From NCBI RefSeq assembly GCF_011386835.1, contig NC_088801.1, positions 36,270,001 through 36,334,000 on the forward strand: DNA of 64,000 bases, written 5' to 3'. The position numbers and the translations under genes are program-made. Each line of letters starts with the position of its first letter. The first letter of the stretch is position 1. The DNA comes from Chrysemys picta bellii (taxonomy: Eukaryota). Of the stretch, positions 1 through 9,874 are shown in pieces. A model generated the notes under the pieces. The model was not told the DNA's origin. It saw nothing but the letters and a program-made list of their open reading frames with translations, and did no database searches.

Positions 1-1123
1 CACTCGGTCTGGTTCCTATACTGTGGACTACAGTGGGACTAGCAGAGGTTTTTAGAAAACGGTCCTGGGAGGAGTTGCCCTTTCATGGAAGTGTCTTGGA
101 GGAATATTTTATTTTCCCTTTGTGGAAGACTTTTAAGAGGTCAGGAATTAGATACATTGGCAAGACCCATCAGGGAAAAATGGTAAGGCATGTACTTGCC
201 ATTTGCTTGAATTCAAGTCAGTGACCCATTTTTAATTTTTATATTTAAAGAAAAGTAGGTGGTTCAAGATAGCCGAGAAAAGCATTTTAGGGAGACTAAT
301 AGTATTATTTTTCTTCTGAATAGCTATCTTCCTTCTAAGTAAAAGAGGAACATATCTCAGTAGATAAGTGGTTTATGCAAACAGTGAAGAGAACTTTGTA
401 TTGCTAAAATTATAGCAAAGTCACAGCCTTGCTTCCACCAGAGTCTGCCATGCATAATATGTGGTGATTCGAGCTAAAGAGAGCTGGGTGACAAAGCAAA
501 GACCTAATTTTAAAAATAAATAAATAAAAATTAATTAATTAAAGGTTCAGCTCTTGATACATCATGTTACATTTTCAAAGCACTGTACAAACATTAATTA
601 GCTAATTCTCAACATCTCTGTGAAGCAAATATATACTTTATAACATCATTTTTACTTACTCTACATTCTTTGCCCAATCTGGAGGGTTACTCAATGTCAT
701 AAATACACAGTTAGTCAGAATAGTGCACATAATAAGTATGCTGAATAATGTAGATTTTAGTCAAGGAACATATGATGACAAGTTAAATGCAAGAAACTAT
801 ATCCCATGAAATGTAAGCAGTTTCCCAGGATATGGGCTGTTAATAAATGTATATGATACAAATTAAAGAATTTCATAAAAGTAACTGTCAATTAAAGTTA
901 TAAGAAAAATGTTAAAACAATGGCTGCTAATGCTAATTCTGTATTCTAGGAGTATACAGTATCTTTTTCTTCCACTGAATTTAATTGGTGATTCAATCAA
1001 TGTGATTAATTTAATTCAGATTCACAGTAAGAGGAGGAATTAAGAACAGAAACATATTTAAATATTAAAACAATCCAATGTTACTAAATATTAAAAACAG
1101 ACCCATTCTAAACAAACCACATG

Positions 1124-1133
1124 AAAAGGATAT
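1124..1133 (-). promoter_or_regulatory. U12-type (AT-AC) 5' splice site
   Basis: Minus strand CATTC|ATATCCTTTT matches the U12 consensus /ATATCCTTT, at the position where Nav1 genes are known to carry an AT-AC intron. Confidence 0.93.
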
Positions 1134-1252
1134 GAATGAACCAAAATCTTGATAGCTGCTTTTCTAAGAGGATGGAAAGGAGATAAAATGTACAAGGCAG
1201 GTGTGGCATTGAATCGAAAGATTGCCTTCCCTCTATTCAATACTATAAAAGT
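1134..1252 (-). CDS. SCN2A-like: Sodium channel alpha subunit, second coding exon (119 bp)
   Basis: ttttccag|ACTTTTATAG... translates in frame with the previous exon to [40 protein letters not shown]. The 119-bp length and AT-AC donor match the conserved Nav1 exon structure. Confidence 0.97.
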
Positions 1253-1899
1253 CTGGAAAAAGGAAAATATACACTTAGAAAGTATGAACAAACATTTTCA
1301 ATCTCAATTAAGCAATTTTCACTGTTAGTTATGTTTATGTTGCCTGATATACAGCATTGCTGTAAACACACAGTTTGAGTCTGCTGCTGTTATTTACGTT
1401 AATCGTCCCATTTACTTTTCATGGTTTAATGGAACTACTCACACAAACAAGCATCAGGTCATAAATTTCAGCAGGAATAGTAATAATAAAAAAAAGATAT
1501 TCATGGTCTCACTCTTTCTTTTAAAATAAATCTTTATTTCTACATTTACCTGATATATGATAGAGTAATCCAAACTGAGGGCAAAGTATTAGACAGACAG
1601 ACTCTCTCTCTCTCTGAGAAATATAATTCAGAAGATTACAGTGTAATCAAACAGTGGCATGACTTTAACCTCTCTCTTTAAAGGTGAAATTTGAACCCAA
1701 TGATATTAGTGATACGCAGGGTCCAATTGGGAATGTCCAAAGAGGAACTTTAGCTCTCAAATAATACCTGTTTTGAACACCTGAATGGCCATTTGCACAA
1801 GTCAAGCACCTTCTGATATTAGGTTCATCTTACTTAATCATTGCCGCACTTCAGAATTTTGTAGCAGAGTGTTTTATGGATTTATTGTCTTCTCGGTGG

Positions 1900-2620
1900 C
1901 ACAATGTAACTACCATTAGGACTGTTCTATAAACATTTTTGAACTGGTAGATACTTGGGAGACAGAGTCAAACAGAGTCAGAGAGAAACTGTAGGCTACT
2001 TTGTGACTATTTTCCTTGTTCATATTTCTAAAATTCTGCCTGCTACTACTGTCAGATTGAGAAACTGATTTTTTTCTGGCTCGTGTTATTTTCTTTAAAA
2101 TTGAAGTTATATTTTTTCCTTTGATCCTTTAAGTTTACTTTTGATCCAATAAGATTATTCAACTCCAGTACTTAATTGGGAGGAAGTCATTCTTTTTCTT
2201 TCACTATTTCATGTTGTTTATATCTTCTTACTTGTAGATTTCATCCTACACAGATGGTGTATGGATTTAATTATAAGCTATAACCTGTTCCTAAATTATA
2301 AATTCCCTCCTTCTCCTTAATGGGATAATGCTTTATTCCATCAATTTCTTCCTGATCATGTATTTAAAGCATCATTTTATTATTTTGTGTTATTTCTGCA
2401 CAGCCACAATTTGTTTTTATAATTTTGTTTTCTTTTTTCAAACTGATTTCAGCTTTGTTTCACAATCTTCTGCATCAACTTCCCATTTTGCATTCTCTCA
2501 AGATTTCTTCCCCTCCTCCCTCATCTCATCATCAGTCTATGGCTTCCAAAATCACCTTGGTAGTCTTCTTCTATTGGTACTATTTCTAATATGGGAAAAT
2601 CAATTTTCCAGTTGGAAATG
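1900..2620 (-). mobile_element. Very old, degenerate CR1/L3-like LINE ORF2 relic
   Basis: Minus-strand frames give QFLNLTVVAGRILEI (2023-2067; cf. CR1 [15 protein letters not shown]) and CFKYMIRKK (~2350-2380; cf. FFKYIRSKK) in the expected order. Boundaries approximate. Confidence 0.45.
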
Positions 2621-2658
2621 TATGTTTTAAAAAAAAAATCTTTGAGTTTCCTCTTCAC

Positions 2659-2782
2659 AGGCCTGATCCTGTAAACACATACAAGGTCAGTGTCTTTACT
2701 CATGTGAGTAGTCCCATTGATATCAATGGCATACTTACAGCAGTAGAATTATTTACTTGTGTAAGTATTTGCAGAATTGAGC
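2659..2782. mobile_element. Short palindromic MITE (PIF/Harbinger Chompy-like)
   Basis: ggcctgatcctgtaaacac ... gtatttgcagaattgagc ends with a central cccattgatatcaatgg palindrome. Related degenerate copies near 11000, 16600-16690 and 51108-51182. Confidence 0.55.
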
Positions 2783-3239
2783 TGCACAATTACATCTCTT
2801 ATTTCACCACTTAACCTCAAGTATTCAGAAAGGAAAACAACAGCTAATTAGCTGAAACAATCCTTTCACTGAAATTATTCAACATATATATAGAACCACG
2901 GAGAAGTTAGAAGAATCAGCAAAATATAGATTACATGTGTTCTGTAGCTCCTCTACATCAAGTGTAAATAGTACTCTCTCCCAGCTTTCTTAATGCCTAG
3001 TTGAAATCTGCACTTGGATATAGAGAAGCTGCCTACATACAAACCCAAGCCAGACTAAGGTGATTCTAGTGGGAAGAGTGCAGAACTTTAAAGAACTTCC
3101 CTCTTCTAACATTCCTATTACTGAGGACATTCGACTTCAGATTGTTTCATCAGCTTGCAGCTTTGGGGTCCTTTGGGGGTCAAATTTACTAGATGCCTAA
3201 ATAGACATGGTTTTAAAAACCATCCACTTCCATAAGAAC

Positions 3240-3640
3240 TGGCCTATCAGACTCAGACCTAGCTACAATGGTGCATGCATTTGTAACCTCCATGTTTGAT
3301 TATTGTCATTCTTATCTAAAACTGAAACCACCGCCCTGAAATAGCACTATCTGGTATAAAAAGCAGCATCCCAATTGCTTAGTAATGCAGGTTGTATGAG
3401 CACATTACCCCAGTACTGCACGCGCTATATTTGTTCTTTACTGAACACAGGGTCCAATTCAAGGTGCTTTTCATAAGACTAGCCCTAGGTACCCAAGAGC
3501 TCAATTCTTCCTCTGCATCCATGATCTCCCATAACAGCTACATTTCACCTGAACAATGAAACTGTTAACCAATAGGGGAAGGCTTGCAAGTACTGCAACT
3601 TTTATAGCAGTGGACCTAAGCTGTGGAACTCCTGCAAAGA
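3240..3640 (+). mobile_element. L2 LINE 3' ORF2 relic
   Basis: Translates to DLATMVHAFVTSMFDYC, EHITPVLH and RVQFKVL, ending ...aagctgtggaactc (LWNS): the L2 RT C-terminal motifs in order. Confidence 0.65.
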
Positions 3641-4690
3641 AAAGAAAAAAAGAATAAAACTGCTAACAGGCTTTAACAATTTTGTTTGTTTATAAACTTA
3701 TGCAGCCTTAACAGGATCCTGTCAAGTTCAAATTTAGCTTAATATTTAGTAAAACAAGCATTTATAAAACCAAAGATCAACAGCAATGTTTAGTAATAGG
3801 TCATGTTGACTGGTCTTTACATATTTACAACAGAATATATGAAAGTTTTAGTAGGGCTTAGTAGAAAAGAAGGAATTTTCTTCACTGGTGTCAGGCTTTT
3901 ATATTGATCCCAAACCAATTAGTTATAGTCATTAACCATTTACTTTCATATAAATGTATATTATTCATGAGGCAGAGGGATGCTAGCTCTTATTTACTTG
4001 TCTCTTTCTATGTAGAACCAACAACAGCTAGTTAATAAGTATTAATACCTCTGAAGTTCATGCTACCTTACATATACAATAGGCTTTATTTGTTTAACCT
4101 GTCAATTTCATTTCAAGAGCAATTTTCAGTAACTGATATATCCAATTCATTTTCCAGTTTTAAAATTATGGTATAACACTTCACTGATCTTTTGAATTTC
4201 TAGTACAGGTAATGATAAGCTATTTTCCTGATACTTTCCCTTAATTTAGAACTAATTATTTCTCACTAAACATTAGAATAATTAAAATGTCAGCTTTGAT
4301 ATACTTGTTCTAAATTTTGTAGAAATCTGGCTTGACAGAATTTAATTGGGATTTGTGTGAGGAACTCCATGTGTACTTAAGGGACTAGAATTCCCACACA
4401 TGCATGGCACTGGATTGCAGTGCAGACCATCTACAGGTGCTATTCCAGCCTAAGGAACAGAATACTGGCTACGGATCCTGCATATACCAAACCCCAGGGT
4501 GCTTTGCAGCATCTACACCTTGAACTCATATAATGAGCGAAAACCTTATCTACCAATGCTGGCCTATTTGAAATTGGTGTGGAGACTTCCTCTGCATGGT
4601 CGTTCTGCCAGCAGCTACCTGCACAGCTGTAACGAATTGCAAGGGGCACAGAGGACCTTGTGCAAGACCTCTGCACTTGGGTGAATAGTA

Positions 4691-4917
4691 GGGCTTGTCT
4701 TCATTACCGGAGTAAGTCGACCTAAGTTACTCTACCCCAGCTATGTGAATAATGTAGCTGGCGTCGACATAGCTTAGGTCGACTTACCTCGGTGTCTTCA
4801 CTGCGTTGCGTCAACCAGAGAGCACTCTGCCATCCATTTAGTGGGTCTAGACCTTCTAAATCGACCCCTGCTGCATCAATTGTAGCAGTGTCAATCTCCC
4901 TGTAGTGAAGCCCAGCC
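4691..4917. mobile_element. PIF/Harbinger-type MITE (GTCTACACT-terminus family)
   Basis: Shares the gtaagtcgacctaagtta...taggtcgacttac internal palindrome and body with the copy at 12336-12629. Degenerate termini gggcttgtcttcatt / agtgaagcccagcc. Confidence 0.7.
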
Positions 4918-4964
4918 TGTAGCCTTAGTATACTGTACTAGCCTTTATACTATATATAAACTAA

Positions 4965-7900
4965 TATAACAGTCCAAATGACAGGTATGTAACGGCAGGC
5001 CCTAAGTAACTGTATACACCCAATTCTATGCATGAACACACACGCACAGGAACAGGAACACTTTGTTCAGGGAGCAGGAACTAGGAAACAAACAAGAACA
5101 GGGAGCAGGAAGCAATAAGCAGGAATATAATGCTGCTGCCCCCCCCTTAATTTCCTTCCCTTCTTCCCAAAAGCTCAGTGGAGCTTTGCAGGCGGCACCA
5201 GGTGATACCTCTGATTCAGCTTAGGAGATGGATCCTGTTGCTGTGGCACAACTTCCCAACTGGCCACATGACATCATATACTGAAAGAGAGTGTCCTCTT
5301 CCCTATCTGTTCTCCTTTCAGTAGCAGTATATCTCGCTGGTTAAGAAGATGTTCTCCCTGTGGTAAATATACTCACCATGCTCCATACCCTGCAGCCCAC
5401 AAGATCACAGCATAAGTATCTAAAACACTTCCATATCCTCGCCTAAGGGATACTTCTTCTCCAGGATAGAATGCATGGAGTCTTGCATGGATATGCTCTC
5501 TGAGACTTGCATATTTCCTAATGACATGAATCAGCTTTGAGAATGGCGAAGGAATGGGATGAACCTTTCATCAGCATAGACAACTTGGTTTTCACAGGTC
5601 AGCTGAAAAGCCAATAAAATGGGGTTTCTCCAATACTTTCATGAGCCATACTCTGAACCTCCTCTAAACCATGACACAGTGCAACAGGGACATTCCTTGA
5701 CATTCCTCCAGCATGCCATCTACATGCTACTTCAGAGTCCCATGCAGTCTCTCCACTATCCCACTTCTTTGAGAATAGTACACAGCAGATTTATAATGCA
5801 CTGTACCAATACCTGTCAGAAAAACCTTCAAATTCTCTTGATACAAAAGGTGTCCCCCTTATCTGAAACATCGTAAATAAAGTGGTTAGGAAAGAAATGA
5901 GCTCCTTTGAGGCGTCTTGTGAAATTATGACTGCAAAGGGGTAACGTGAGTAATAGACTATAATGGTCAACAGTGCCACACAGTCCAATTGAGCAGCCTA
6001 TAACATACACTTCAATTCTCTCCCATGGTCTGTCTATGACTATCAGTTACAAAGGAGCCAGTAGTTCTATGCATTGTGCAAGCTAAGCACGCCTTCACAC
6101 AACAATCTATATCTGAATGCAGCCTTGCCCACCAAGCATAACTATACAGAAGTTCCTTCATCTTTGTAACTCCCAAGTGTCTTTCACGAGCCACATCCAG
6201 GCCTTTTGTTTGTTGCAACGCTGCTGGGATGATCTCCCAGGCTCCTCTGCATGTCAAGTAGCACGTCTTTAACATGGGCTCAGAACAAGTTTTATAGAAT
6301 ATAGCCAAAATTGTCTTAAGGACTGGATCCATCCAGTCCACTTGTACTTTGCACAGTTCACCATCTTGAAGAGTGGGGTCAAGCAGTCTGCCTTAAGTCA
6401 ACTGGCCTATCTTTCAGTAAAAAGCATATAGTGTACTCTGCTGTTTCTGCATATGAGGGTGCCAAACCAGCAGGGTTTCTTCCAAGAGTGTAGGCATGTA
6501 AGTTCCACCTTTTATTTGATGTGTACCAAATCAAAGTCATACTGTTGCAACTGAATAAACCACGGCAGCAGTCTTACACTCAGCAGGTCAATGGCTTCAT
6601 GCCAGAGGCCCAAAATAGGCACATGATCAGTTTCTAAGGTGAAATGTCTTTCCACTAAGTTGACTTTGAAGCATACAATAGCAAAGGCCATAGCCAAGAA
6701 TTTTAGATCAATCTGGGAATACTTTGCTTCCATCGAGATAAGAGTATAGGATGCAAATATAACCAGCCATGCCTCCGAGAGCACAACTGCACCAGTCACG
6801 AATTACATGCATCAGTCTGAATCATTATGGGTTTCCATGGATCAAAATAAGCATGGGATTGGATCCCACAGAAGGCTGGATGCAGGGTTTCAAAACATTG
6901 CTTTGCTTCTTTAGTCCAAAAGTATTGTCCCCGGCCCTGTTAAATTCCACAGCAGTTTGGCAAAAACACTAAAATGGAGGAGAGGATGGTCTCCTATGTA
7001 TTAAGCCAGGGCAAGGAATGAACATAAACAGCTATGATCAGTGGGTAATGGTAGCGAAACAACAACTTGTAGCCTTTCAGGTGTCAGTTTCATACCATTG
7101 GCTGACAGAGAATGCTTAGAAACGCTACAGGATCTTTTGCAAAACTGCACTAGACCACATTCAGCTTTTTGCCAGCTTACTGGAGTCAAGTTAGCACCTG
7201 ATCCAGAATAGCGTTATGCTCAGGAAGGGTCTTTGGAAAGACGACAGTGTCATCCAAATATCAATATGCACCCTGGATATTATCAAGGAGCTGAGAGACC
7301 ACTCTCTGAAATACCTTAGGAGCAGAGACTAAGCCAAAAAGGAGTCGTTGATACCAGTACCTCCCAAATAGCATGCTGAAAGTCAATAACCACTGCGAAC
7401 TTTCAGCCACAGGTATCTGCCAATAATCGGATTGGTAATCCAGCACAACAAAAACCCAGCATGTCATCTCTTTGAAGGTTAGCAATTGAAACCATTCACA
7501 TTTCACATACTTATTAAGTACCCTAAAATCTGTGCACTTCAAGTGTCACCATTTTCCTTGTATACAATCACGTGGGTAAACTACAGTCTGTGAGCCCTTC
7601 CATCTCTCAAATGATACCATTATCTTTCATGAGCTGCAATTCTGCTCAGATCTCGTCTACAAGTGCAGGAGATACACAACATGCAGGCATGCAAAGGGCT
7701 TGGTGTTTGAATCCAACTGCAGAGAATACATATATCCCATGGACAAAACACTATTACCATTAAATAAATCATTGGGTCTCTGAACAATACACTGGGTATC
7801 CCTTTCTATTCTGGCTGACATAACCACAGGTTAGGTGTCCTGTGTTAATTTATGTATAACATCAAGCTGCAAGCAGAGATCATAGGACAGTAATGGAACA

Positions 7901-9276
7901 GCATCTGTAGCCCCGCCTCTAACAATGTAAACTTTGACGTCAAGGCTATGCCTTTGTAGAGCCCAGAGCTTACAGCTTCACCCACTGTCTGTAAAACATA
8001 CAAATTTCCAAGCTTTTAGAATAATTGTAGTGAGGCTAATGTCCAGATTAGTGTTCTCCCCTCTGGGTTAGTTCATAATCTCAACACCTTTGTCCACCGT
8101 GATCTTCAGCAGTGTACCATTAATTTCTACAATACAGAATACCAGCTCTAGCACCTTGCCATATGAGAAGGTCATAAAGAAAATATCAGAGTCCTGGGTA
8201 AAGGTGATCTAATGCAACTTCACATTCACGGTATGCACTTGAGGTCTCAGAACATTGTGAAACAGTGTACAACAGCACACTAATGTCAAGTGTCCTTCCT
8301 TCCCACAAGACCAGCACATAGCAGTTCTACCTAGAAAGGCAAGGAAATTGGCCAAGTGATCCATACTACTATAGTGGAAACACTGAGGAGCTGTCAACTT
8401 TCGTTGCCGAAGCTGTAGGGCAGAAGTACGTGTGTCATGTGATTCTGGAAGATGGAAGTAGGAGGAGTGGCTGATGGTTTAAGCGTAGACAAAAAGATAG
8501 CAGCAGTCTGAGACACAGAACCCCTTTCACCTTGAGCCCTCTCAAATGCCTCACTCTTAACAACCGTGGGATCAAAAGTTAGAATTCTAGCATCTTCAGC
8601 CAGTAACCATTTGCCCAACTGGTCATTTGCTACATCAATCACAAAAATATCCCTGAGCATGATCATCATACAATCCGCAAATTCACAGACCTAAGCTAAC
8701 CACTGCAAACATGCAAACTCATATACAGTTTTGTTGGGCTGCTGTCGACCATCAAAAAACATTTTCCTCTTTAGCAGAACAGAATCTCCAGTCCCAAAAT
8801 ACTTGTTGACATTCTGCACAGCCTGCCTTCTCCCCTGAGCATGCCACATTCCCGCTTCTCCCCCCTCCCTCCCACAGCTTGTTATGCCACGAAACAGCTA
8901 TTTCGCGGAGGCAAGTGCTGGGAGGAGAAGAGGGGATGCAGTGCGCTCAGGGTAGGAGGTGGAGGCAGAGGTGAGCTGGGGCGGGGCAGGGAGCTTGACT
9001 GCCGGTGGATGCACCCACCAATTTTTCCCCGTGGGTGCTCCAGCCCTGGAGCATCCATGGAGTCAGCGCCTATGGTAATTACCATGAACCAGATAAGTCA
9101 GCAGCAGCCTGAACAACAAACAGTATAACTGTCCAAATGCCAGGTATGTAGCAGCAGGCCCTGAATAACTGCATATATCCAACACTATGTGTACATACAC
9201 GAACTGGAACACTGAGTCCAGGGATCAGGAGCCAGGAAACAAACAGGAACAGGGAGCAGGAAGCAATAAGCAGGAA
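4965..9276 (-). mobile_element. Decayed Ty3/Gypsy LTR retrotransposon inside the intron between coding exons 1 and 2
   Basis: Direct repeats at 4965-5125 and 9124-9276 (roughly 80% identical by eye). Polypurine tract on minus strand at 5139-5168. In order on minus: gag (MLRDIFV...LLAED..LTF), CCHC knuckle CWSCGKEGHLTLVC (8316-8275), protease-like VEINGTLLKITVDKG, RT (CTDFRVLN, YWQIP, FGLVSAPKVFQR), RNase H (YSQIDLK...TDH), integrase (HLGVTKMK...WW...CLAC; GIVERLHGTLK). Many stops and frameshifts; outer LTR limits uncertain. Confidence 0.9.
8850..9073. mobile_element. Truncated GC-rich non-autonomous DNA transposon fragment (CATAGGCGC terminus) within the Gypsy 5' region
   Basis: Ends ...gtgggtgctccagccctggagcatccatggagtcagcgcctatg, near-identical to 59085-59143. 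Other terminus not seen. Confidence 0.65.
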
Positions 9277-9549
9277 GGCAAACCACTCCCCCGCCCCAAC
9301 TCAGACGGCAAGAAGTCTGAGGAATATATGGCCATCACCGAAAAGCAGTGTATCCTACCAAAAACGGAACATTTACAAATAAATTCATACTGTGGCCACA
9401 AAAATCAATTTGTGTCTGTGACATCACAGGACGTACATAATTTTCATTGAGGCTGCCAAGCTGGCCACTCCCATGCTACAGGTTTTAAAGTCTAACAGTG
9501 CATTAAATTCAACAGGTACAGCATAAAAATAGGCTTAGTAAATAGCTAC

Positions 9550-9822
9550 CTTTTTATTGATGTAATATGGGTCCAGGTCCTCCAAGGGTTCGGACACCAT
9601 TCCCGGAGGTATGTCGCTATAAATAAATGGGAGTGTCTTTCCTGCTTCCAAGTCACTATTTGGCTTTGGGCCATTTTCTTCATTGACATCATCATCTTTA
9701 TGGTCGTCTTTGAGACGATTAGCCTTTTCTTCAGCGATACGTTGTTCAATAGCTGCAAGAGACTCTCTAGTGAAGTAGAAGAAGCTGTCAGGTCCCGGTG
9801 GTACCAGTAGTGCCTGCGCCAT
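9550..9822 (-). CDS. SCN2A-like: Voltage-gated sodium channel alpha subunit (SCN1A/2A/3A/9A clade), first coding exon, 91 codons
   Basis: Translates to [34 protein letters not shown]...[41 protein letters not shown], the diagnostic Nav1 N-terminus. Ends AAG|gtagct (GT donor at 9549), phase 0. Exact paralog not resolved. Confidence 0.97.
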
Positions 9823-9874
9823 CTTTTCATTCTGCAAATTTTAATTAACGTTTAGCCTCTTGTATCAGAAAGTT
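9823..9874 (-). other. 5' UTR portion of the ATG exon (52 nt) and its splice acceptor
   Basis: Minus strand reads cttttttttttcttctgtttctctag|AACTTTCTGATACAAGAGGCTAAACGTTAATTAAAATTTGCAGAATGAAAAGATG: polypyrimidine tract plus AG. Resembles the mammalian SCN2A leader as I recall it, and implies at least one non-coding exon further upstream. Confidence 0.85.

Noticed and set aside
1091-1291. 66-aa ORF as a stand-alone gene
   Set aside because: Only 1252-1134 is exon; the ORF extends into intron on both sides.
9823-9837. In-frame N-terminal extension (MQNEK) shown in the ORF track
   Set aside because: It starts at a TTG, not ATG; the homologous start is the ATG at 9822 in strong context.
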